Shown here piece by piece: positions 53,473-64,000 of a DNA stretch of 64,000 nucleotides. Source of the stretch: Octopus vulgaris. Its lineage: Eukaryota. Both the position numbers and the translations under genes were made by a program. The stretch lies in NCBI GenBank assembly GCA_951406725.2, contig OX597830.1, forward strand, positions 4,774,001 through 4,838,000, read 5' to 3'. Within the stretch, counting starts at the first letter, position 1, and every line of letters begins with the position of its first letter. Below the pieces are notes generated by a model. It made no database searches, was not told where the DNA came from, and saw only the letters and a program-made list of their open reading frames with translations.

Positions 53473-53514
<42 letters not shown>

Positions 53515-55479
53515 CGTATCTGTAAATAAATGTAAACAATCAATGCAAAGTTGCAGTAAAGATTAAAGATAATGTACAATAACGTAATGATAGAATAATC
53601 CCAAAGACAACAACCAGAATGTGTAATAAAGTGCTTGATGTTGTTGGTGTATCTGGTTATTGTATACTTTAATAATATATGTGCAATCTAAACAGCTGTC
53701 AATTCACAGCTGGGCAGTCGCACTTTTGCTGCATTCAGTTTAAAAATATTATCTTGGCACCAAAGATTTTTTATTGAAAATCAGATCTACTTTAACTGAT
53801 TCTCTATCATGTTTGCATGAAGTGGTCTGCTTTTGAGAAGGAGAAATGAAATTCTAAACAGACATTGGAAACCATTCAGGTGCTTACTCAAAGAAACACC
53901 CACACTTTACAAATAAAAAGGAAACAAATTGCTAAAATGAATGTTAGAGAATTTTACTAACGAGATCCTTATCAATGAGAAATTAGTTGATTCTTCATAA
54001 TTTGGAACATGACGATATTTATGTTTTATTGTTAGGGTTTTGTTTAGGTGATCTGTATTTAGATATATAAATCCCCACAAGAGTATATTTTTGGCAAAAC
54101 GAGCAATTTGTTCTCACCAATCTATTCTCATTTGTGTTAAGTCAAATCTGAATAAAAATAAAAAGTAAATGAAGTCACAAAGTTTAATTTACAATGAAAT
54201 ATTAGACTTAGTAAAAATATTAGCAGGATTTTCTGAAGTGATCTGTTTATCATAAGGAACCTTTAGCATACAGTGTAAAAATTGCAAATAAATCCAAAAT
54301 GAAAATCGTTTTTCTTCATACAAAGCAGTAAATTAAAAACCAAATCAAATAGCAACAAACTAATCTTGGCATTGTTCTGTATTAGATCTCCTTTTAATAT
54401 ATTCTCACAGCTCCAACTCTTCTTTTGCTGTATCCAATCAGCAACAATTCTTCACGTGAGTTCAGTTCAGATTATGGTAATTATAACTTCCCACGTGTAA
54501 CGTACACAATCAACAGTGTTTTTTGGCAATATGTTTGCAAATAATGAGCGTTATTGTTTTCACCCAAGTATTCTTGGTGTTGTGAAAAGTATTGATTTAG
54601 TAGTCAGGATGGTGTTTAGCAATGATATTCATATTTCAATCAGTGATAGAATTCCAAACTATCTTGGGTCAAATAAACATTTCCTCTTCATTTCAAATAC
54701 TTTTTCTGTTATCAATATATTTATTATAACATCATATTTTACCTATCTCTTTCTTATCTCCCTATCTACATGAAATTTGTTTACAAATAAATTACAACCA
54801 TGATGACGATGAGGAGGAGAAGTAGGAAGAGGAAGTTTGAATTAAAATTACATAACCTACTCTAGAACATATAAATTAATTATTACAACATGACAAACTA
54901 TTTCCAATCTACTCCAACCATATTGGTTTAAGAATGTCTCTAAAGGAGACAAGATTCTGACAAGCAAAGGTTCCCAAGCTGTCCCTCATTCTGCTTCAAT
55001 TCATGCTGCTTCTCTTACTAGACTATTTATAACCAGAATAAATTGCTGAATTAGTGTATTAGTACTGTTATGTAACTTATCATAGAGCTTAGGAATTAAT
55101 TCCATATAAGGGAACAGTTGTAGCTTTCCTCTAAGGTAATTTGAGGTTGTAACTCTGAGAGAGAACATTGGTTAATTCCTGTATTCATTGATGCATTAAA
55201 TAATGTTCCTGTAACATTATAACAGTAGCCATTACCTGTCAGTTCACTGAGGTCATTGAAGGAACTTGTGTGGTCTTTGTGATCTATAATCTACACAAAA
55301 TGAATTAAGTGGCATTTTTATAATTTAGGACTAAAGTGAGAATTCATGATTCAAATACATATTGATTTCAGTAGAAATGTTATGGGGGAGGGGAGTGATT
55401 CCCAGTAAAGAAAATGGAAAGAATTAAAATAAATTTGAAGCAAAACTGGTGTAGATTTAGCTTTTAGATATTTCTCAAA

Positions 55480-55869
55480 TCTCTCTCAATATAAAGCTGA
55501 AGTTGTCTGTGTGCGGCAGGTTTGGTAGCCTTCAACTAACACTATCTCCTCCGAGACCCTGTGGCACAAGTTGACCAAAATTGAAAGTATGATAAAGAAG
55601 GCTTGCTCTTCCTTCCATAGAAGAAAAAATTCAAATCGGACCGTGTTAACACCAAAAATTATTTACATCAAAAAGGTGTTTTTTTTCTATGAAAATCCCT
55701 AGTTTTTACGATTTCTTTACTGCTGTGTCGCCATTTTCAGTGTATTTCAACTAGAAAAATGTTCACTTAAAGAAAATAGCAAGCTACATAATGCAAAAGT
55801 TTTACTTTTCAAAAATTCCAATTCTAAAGGGTCGAAACAAATCCGAGCAACGCCGGGCAATACTGCTAG
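55480..55869 (+). mobile_element. Non-autonomous Helitron, copy 2
   Basis: A|TCTCTCTC...ccgagcaacgccgggcaatactgCTAG|T; collinear with 43481-43872 over its whole length, with unrelated flanks. Confidence 0.87.
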
Positions 55870-56749
55870 TAAATGATATTCTTACATGATCATTATCATA
55901 ACCCATCTTTTCCATTCACATTATCATCAGGGTTATGTACTATTTTGTGCCAGCACCAAACAGATACAGCTGTTTCATTATATTTCTTAATACTATTGTC
56001 TATTAATGTCTAAAGATGGTTTGTCATTTCCTTCTCTACATCATTATTTAAAACAGGGAATTTTCCTTTGGAGGTTGCTAGTTTGAGCTGCCTAAGTGGC
56101 CCTGAAGAACTGTCTCACCACTAAATAGCAGGGCTTAGAGATACTTTGCTGACTTGATGCTATTAGACTGTTATATTGCACAGAATTCCATGGCTGTAGA
56201 TGTCATCACAGTGCATCCCTTCCATTTGCCACCCTAGAACCCCACAATAAACACATATTGCCTACAGCAGACCTAAAAGTGCTGCCCAGGGTGGACTGCT
56301 CCTACTGCCCCCCACGAGCTATACTAGTGTGTGTGATCCCAATAATTCCCAATAATCTAAATACAATGTAATATGTATAATGACAAGACAGATTGAAACC
56401 AAAGTAATTTTCTGTGAATAATCACAAAACCTAGATTTATTGACTATTTCCATCAGTAAAGGTTATTATTATTCTACCAAGAATGGCTTTGCATTTCATC
56501 TTCTTTTAGCTTATAAAATATGTACCAGTTGAAAATTGGGATCATTGTAACTGACCGAATCAATTTCCACAAATTTGCTGGTTTTGTGCCAAAATTTGGA
56601 ATCATTATTATGACTTGTTTTTATCTCTTGGTCTCATGTGCTAGACCAGTTCATTCTATTGGATAGCAAGTCGCTACCCTTGACCTTAAGTATCCAGCAC
56701 CTTTCTTAAAGATTCTTGCTGGCCCTAATAATTTTTATTATGTTTACAA

Positions 56750-57170
56750 AGGCAACAAGCTGGCAGAATTGTTAGCACACTAAGGCGGCAAGCTGGCAGA
56801 AAATTTTGCATGCCAGACGAGATGCTTAGCAGTATGTCTTTATGTTCTGAGTTCAAATTCTGCTGAAGTCGACTTTGCCTTTCATTCTTTTAGGGTCGAT
56901 AAATTAAGTACCAGTTGGGTACTGGGGGACAATCTAATCGACTGCCCCACCTTCCCAAATTTCAAGCCTTGTGCTTAGAATAGAAAAGAACTGTGAGCAC
57001 ACTGAGTATGAAGTTTGTCTTCATGTTCTAATTTCAAATTCTGCCATGGTCCACTTTGTCTCTTAGCCTTTCAGGGTCAATAAGATAAGTCTGAGTTGAG
57101 CAACGGGGTGAATGTAATTGACTTAACCCCTCCCCCAAAATTGCTGGCCTTGTACTAAAATTCGTAACCA
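56750..57170 (+). mobile_element. Nested/tandem family-A SINEs
   Basis: Repeated ggcaacaagctggcagaa heads and gactttgcctttcattcttttagggtcgataaattaagtacc bodies. Confidence 0.8.
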
Positions 57171-58809
57171 TTATTATTGTGTTTACATTGTTGTTGCTAT
57201 TTTGTTTTATACAAGCTTTTCGAAGACCTCAAGTAGCAGGAAATCATATCCGAGTAGCAACGACATATTTCAGGGAAAGGAGACCAAATAAGGAAAACTA
57301 AATTTGCATTAAAAGTTTGTTGCAATATTCGCAATTTAAAAAAAAAATAATTAAAATCAAATAATTTCCGGTTGACAGTGTTTTCAACTATCAAGGTGGT
57401 GAGCTAACAGACTCATTAGCATGTTGGACAAACTAAGAGATATATGAAAATCAAAGAGATGGAAATTGTAATGAAAGTACAGAAATGTATAAACAAAAAT
57501 AAAGGCACCCATTGACCACCTGAGGATGTTAAAGTAGGGGTCACATTTTATTTTTTAGCTCTAATTAAAATTACTTAGTTTCTCCTAAAAGTTTATAATT
57601 TATCTTCTGAATAAGAGCATTTTTTATTATTATCCATTTAACTTTTTATTTCCTTCCTCTGCTTCTATAAAAAGAAAAGAATTTCATGTTTCATTTCTAA
57701 ATATCTTTCAATAAACAGAATTTTTTCCCTTCTCATAGAGAAATCTCAAAACGTCTGATGTCTGTTTTAGTGGGTTTTTTTTTCTTTTCTGTACAAAAAG
57801 TTTTAGATAATTTTGTTATCATACATTTACCATTTACAGAATTCCTAATGTAAATGTTGTCATCATCTTATTGCTAATACTAAGGTTTGTGAGCTGACAA
57901 AAATTTTTTTTTATTCCAAACTTGTTGGAACTACTAGATACAGTATCATATCATTTGCCTCTTAGATGATTCAAGCGTTTTTGTTCAAAAACAAAGATTC
58001 ATTCAAAATTCTGTTCTTCATTTCTTTCCTCCTATTTCGTTTTTGCTAACAAATTTCAAATTTATATTCTCTATCCGTTTTAGTACTCGTATTAGAATTT
58101 CCGTGTGAGTTTTTTCTTGTAGTTTTTAATATTCATTATTACTCTCCTTTCTTTTGTTGTCCCTTACAATTTTTCGTTTTCTACTTTTATCCATTCTCCT
58201 AGGAGTTTTATTCAGCCAAACCAATAAATTTATATTAAACTGATGTATATCTACATTGTTTTATCATCTTCTCCCCTCTCTTGATCTATGCCTCAACTAT
58301 TTTAAATACACTAACATCTTCAGACAGCACATCTAAAAACAATATTATTTACAAAATTTAATAAAAAAATAAAGTTCAGTAAACTTTACTAAAAACATTT
58401 GATTAATCCTTTTTCTATTTCCAGTGTAAGTATTACAGTTTTTTAGTAAACAGCATTTAATTTTGGTTTTATAAACTAAATTTTATAGCTGCATTTTATT
58501 CTAAATTATTTATGAGCAGTAGGCAGAGGACAAAGTATCTTTTCTATAAACATGCATATATAAATACATACATGCTGACATATATATACACATACACACA
58601 CACACACACATGTGCATATACATGATTGCAGTATGTATCCTTTCAAAATTGCAAGTTTCATACCAAACACACACACAACACAGCAATAATCAACTAGTTA
58701 AGTCAAATAATGGAAGCCTTTTGGTTTCTACAAATTTGATCCTGAAGCCAAACCATTAATTTTTATTTATTGTTAAAATAACGTGTAAATGAATTTCTGC
58801 TTGACAATT

Positions 58810-59230
58810 AGTGTACACCTGAGTTTTACACAGGATTAAATAAAACATACTCTGATATCTTCCATACCTGAATATTGTCATAAAAATTGTCCTTTCTCTT
58901 ACACAAGTCTTCATACAGATTAAATTCCATTTCTATCCTCAAAACCATTTTTATCCTCTCATTACTTCTAATCTTTAAACAAAAGTGATTTCCTTCCTCT
59001 CTCCTCTTTTCCATGCTATAAAGTTTCACTATGCTAATGCCAGTTCACATTTTTCTTGTTGTTCCATAAACAATAATTTTAGCCTTTTTCATGCTGCCCC
59101 AAAAGTGCAGAGATTCAGTAAATTCTGCCAGAGGAAATTTCTTGGAGACTTATTGCAATACCAAATTCCTCACTGATTCCACTGACCCAGTTCTTTTAGG
59201 AACTTAATGCATCATTCCGACATCTGCTAC
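58810..59230 (-). mobile_element. Possible decayed CR1/L2-like LINE 3' fragment
   Basis: Minus strand KLYSMEKRRE resembles the L.LYSLERRRE motif downstream of CR1-group RTs. Confidence 0.4.
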
Positions 59231-59651
59231 AAACCATTCCTCCACAGCTAATTGCATGTAATATACACAAAAACAACCCACTTCAAAAATTTGCTGTTTT
59301 ACTAGCTTCACTCCCTGGATTGTGGTCAGTCTGGAGCACCACCTTCAAAGATTTAGTCAATCATACTGGTCTCAGTATTTATTTTATCAATCTCTATTTG
59401 TCAAACCTCTAACTTACAGCATAAAAACAGGCAACAGCACATGGAAACACACACACACAAGGCGTTCATTGATTCAAGGCTTGTAGTAAGACGTATACAA
59501 GATGTCAGGCAGTATGGCTGAATTTAAAACTGTGTGGTACCAAAGCAAAATTATTACTGATATATCCATAAGAAAAAGTGAGTGTTGCTGGTCATGTGAT
59601 ATAGTTTAAACCCTAGATGACTTCAACAGGTGTTCATTCATCCAATAAACA

Positions 59652-59704
<53 letters not shown>

Positions 59705-60053
59705 CAGATAAATATGTTGTAAAAACTGTTTGGCTTTTGCTTTCTACATGTACTCTGAGTCCAACCACATGAAACTCAAACTATAACAAGAGTTTTTCTC
59801 ACAGCTCTTCTTTGGATATACAGGAATAAGTGGATTACTTGTTTCAATAATTGGACTGCAGCCATGCTGGGGCACTGCATTCAAAGTTTTTTGGTCAAAT
59901 GAATCGACCCTAGTACTTGTTTATTTTTCTAAAGCCAGATAGTTATTCTATCCATCTCTTTTATCAAACTGCTAAGTTATAGAGATGTAAAACACACCAA
60001 TGCCAGTTGTCAATCAGTGGTAGGGGACACACAAACGCACACAAATATATATA

Positions 60054-60106
<53 letters not shown>

Positions 60107-60568
60107 AGTACAAAGTAAGATAGGGGTTATGAGGGTAACCCACTATGGGATATCAGTTATCCTATATACTACTGATTAAGCACCCAAAAGGCAAATACAT
60201 AAATGCTTATAATTGCAATGCAATTAATTCATTTATTGTTTCGGATGGGCGAAGGTAAAATATTTTACCGTAAATTCATAATACAAATAAGAAAATGGAG
60301 GAACAAATTCATTTCAATCATCAACTTACAGATATTACCATTTCATATATATATATATATAATCAATGCCAGTACTGCCTGATTGGCCCTTGTTCCAGTG
60401 GCACGTAAAAAGCACTCACAACACTCTCAGTGGGGTTGGTGTTAGGAAGGGCATCCAGCAGTAGAATCCTTGCCAGGTCAGATTAAAGCCTGGTACAGCC
60501 TTCTGGCTTGGCAGTCCTCAGTCAAACCGCCCAACCCATGACAGCTTGGAAAGTGGATGTTAAACGAT

Positions 60569-60600
<32 letters not shown>

Positions 60601-63274
60601 ATAGGCTTCTTTCAGTTTTCATCTGTCAAATCCCCACCTAAGGCTTCAGACATCCTGAGGCTATAGCAAAAAACACTTGCCTAAGGTACCATGCAGCAGG
60701 ACTGAACCCAGAGCCATATGGTTGGGAAGCAAAGATAGTTACTTACCACACAGTCATACCTGTGGCTACACACCCACCCACACATATAAACAACATTAGT
60801 TGCTGATTTCTTTGTAATAATGTATAATAATCAAGGTGTGCATAAGCTTCTTGGCATATACGTAAGCTTTTCTGTAGTTATGTATCCATATGTACACTCG
60901 ACACACGCCCACACATGCAGATATGGAATAGGTTTTGTAATACAAAGCTGAACGTTGTTAAGTTGTATCAAAATAACAATGACAGTAGTGTTACAGTCTC
61001 TATCCATGCTTTTAAGAAGAATCATATCCTTCATTATAATCCTCCCAGTTTAAGTGACATGACACTTTCGATTAAACAAAACGTTTTCATTAAAGTCACT
61101 CAACCAAATGACCTTCATGTGAAAATGATAGAATCCTCGTTGTCAAAGAATTATTAGGAAGGCTACACTGGAAATATCCATCGGGACATGCAAACATCTC
61201 ATCAATTTTACTTGATGTTGGCAATCCACAATGAAGCATTCCATGCTTTTGCATAATGTTGATCGAAAACACAACATAATTGGAAAAGCAAATGAATTTA
61301 TTGAAGCTAAACCCTACAATCCTATTTATCATCGGCAGCGCCGTGCAGATGCATGATATAACAAGACAATACTGTAATAAATCCCGCTTTATAGCTTTGT
61401 TCTAACAAGATGTTTACTGTGTTGTGAAGTGAATTTAAAAACTAAACAATTTAGCTAAACCTCGAAATATATTAAAACAAATCAATAACAAATTTTAAAT
61501 TAAACTATAGATATAAACATTATTATTATTATACTTCTCATGTCAGCAGTGAAGAATAATTTCCTATTCTTACTAAGTTTAATGAATAACAAAAGCCTAC
61601 TATGAGAATAATATGATGAAGAATATGGCAGCTTGGAATATTTGTGTAGTTCCCAGTGATTCTTCAAGTATAAACACAAATTTGTATTACAGGATTACAA
61701 CAGGTTAAAACCGAAAGAATCTCTAAGTACTATCTCTACATGCTAGAAATAGAAGTCAAACCTCACACAAATAACTTCTAACTGTTTAAAAAATAGGACA
61801 CTGGATAATATAGTTTTAGCTTTGCTATGTCAAAATGATTTATGTGGCAGTCAAAGCTGGAATGTCTTTGATTGCAGATCAGGACTGACCTTAGATAAAT
61901 GCCTAACAACAATAACACCATGCCCTAACACCAAATCAGATATGATTTCTAGAATTCTTCCAACTTTAACAATTTCTATTATTACCAAAATCAGTATTCT
62001 GATATGGTTAATTGTGTGTTGTATATTGAGCAGAAAAAACATCAAACTAGAAAGAAAAGTCTTGTAGATGCTGTCTATAATGAAGGAAAAAGGGTAAAAA
62101 AATCTGCCAGAAATGTTTACCAAAAGGGTCAAAACAAAACAAAATAATCATTATTGGTGCTTACATGAGATTCATTTTCTGAAATATTTTTCTTTTGAGA
62201 TTTTTTTCTCAATACAAAATGTTTGTCTTCTCCCATATTTTGGATATTATTTATTCTGTAGAATGCAAAGTTCCTAACGGACCACATTTGGTTTTCTGAT
62301 CATAGTTCTAAATTACCATATTCTTTCTACTCATTCCTCTCCATTGTTCCATTCTCTATTCCACCCATTACTATACATGTCATCACTAGCTCCACATTTT
62401 CACTTGTCACATTTTCTCCATTTACTCGAATGACCAATTGTATAAGATTGACATGTAACTAGCTTAATATTCACAGAATATTCCTCATTCTTACTTTGGC
62501 AGAGCCATTGTTAACAACATATCATTTTCATGCATATTACCAACATTTCGTTTGTGCTAAGGCTTTCTAATCTGTATACATTTCAAAACGGTGAAACACA
62601 AATTAACTTTCCATTTTCTTCTCTTTTCTTTGCCTTTATATTTCTAGTGTTACAAAAGCAAAAAAATAATGTTTGCTTATTTTGTATTCATGGTTTGCCA
62701 AATTCTAAACAGATTCTCTGCAAAATGTATACTATCTCTTATTACTATTATCCCAAGGTGACTATTATTTCTTAAAGAACTACAGCATAATATAAGCCCT
62801 GAAAATGTTTGTACATGTGTATATGCACATGTAATGTAAATGCAGAGTGGTGCGCCTTTTAGTTATTCCGTGGTTGGATCACTTTTTTTTTTTTCGTTGA
62901 CAAGTTATTTCAATGATTACTGGTGATTCCTAAGTTGTCTATAATGTTATTTGATGGATGAAGAAGTTTCTGGCTTAAAAATTATTAATCATATAATTTG
63001 AATTTACTGGAATCAGTTTTTTCACATGGCCTGTAAATTTCTTGTCACTTATGAGGATAAATTTTATGAATAAAACATCAATTTCATCAACAAAATAATC
63101 TGGATTTGTGAGCATCCAATAATGTAATATAGACATGGCTGAAAGCTAGTGTCTACACAAGCATTCTTGAATACATACTCATAAATACATACATCTATGA
63201 TTGCTTGAATACACACACACACACACACACACATATGAGTGTGTGTGGCTGTTGATTGGTTTTTCTGGTTGTAA

Positions 63275-63506
63275 GGCGGCCAGCTGGCAGAACTGTTAAA
63301 ACGCCGGGTGAAATGTTTAGCCGTATTTTGTCTGCCCTTACATTCTGAGTTCAAATTCCGCCGAGGTCGACTTTGCCTTTCATCCTTTTTGGGATTGATA
63401 AATTAAGCACCAGTTACGCACTGGGGTCGATGTAATCGACTTAATCCGTTTGTCTGTCCTTGTTTGTCCCCTCTGTGTTTAGCCCCTTGTGGGTAGTAAA
63501 GAAACA
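63275..63506 (+). mobile_element. Young family-A SINE with 14-bp TSD
   Basis: TSD gattggtttttctg at 63254-63267 and 63507-63520. Confidence 0.9.
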
Positions 63507-64000
63507 GATTGGTTTTTCTGACTAGAAAATGTACCTAACAACACTACATTTTTGGTTACAAATCCATACTGTGTTTCTGACATTCCATACAAACATATTG
63601 ATATGTCTGTGAATCTGTGTGTTACATGTGTATATATATATATATGAATATTTGTACATCTTCAAATATGCATTTTCAAATGTGTGCATGTCTTTCATGT
63701 TATTCAAAGCCCTTAGATACACTTACATCATAAAAAGGATATTTTAGATATTTCATATCTTTTATGCTTTATCTGTTTCAGTCATTAGACTTTGGCCATG
63801 CTGGGGCACAGCCTTGAAGAATTTTAGTTGAATGACGATTGTACCTGTTGAACGAAAACTGTACTTGTTATCATTTGAAGCCTGATAGTTAGTCTGTCTG
63901 GTTTTTTTTGCCAAACAACTATGTTATAGGGAAGTAAATAAACCAACACCAGTTTTCAAGTAGTGGTGGAGGACAAATGCAGACACTCCCAGGCGCAAAG

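Noticed and set aside
61170-61200. LDL-receptor class A domain (CPDGYFQC)
   Set aside because: It lacks the downstream CI....CD...DC.D.SDE pattern.
62262-62300. Candidate next THSD7 exon (tag|aatgcaaagttcc.., CKVP)
   Set aside because: The Cys-containing frame stops within ~12 codons and there is no WSxWS/TSP1 motif.

Overview
AT-rich, CpG-poor, microsatellite-saturated eukaryotic DNA. Its SINE/LINE/MITE repertoire looks like a coleoid cephalopod, probably Octopus (inference). Only one convincing host coding exon is present: a 676-bp internal exon (12854-13529, +) encoding tandem thrombospondin type-1 repeats of a THSD7A/B-like protein. Essentially the rest of the window is therefore probably intron. 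It holds several tRNA-derived SINE families (some with clear TSDs), decayed non-LTR retrotransposons (R4/Dong-like RLE, RTE, CR1-like), a mariner deletion derivative, TTAA-type MITEs, two copies of a non-autonomous Helitron, and minisatellites. The most notable unexplained signal is a set of type-I hammerhead ribozyme motifs (4-5 near-intact, several decayed) from distinct short families. They sit in (TA)n or (TAA/TGA)n microsatellites, often as outward-facing inverted repeats with a ribozyme in each arm, and a decayed GIY-YIG remnant is nearby. This suggests a Penelope-like-element (PLE) / retrozyme-type system. All motif and alignment calls were made by eye.
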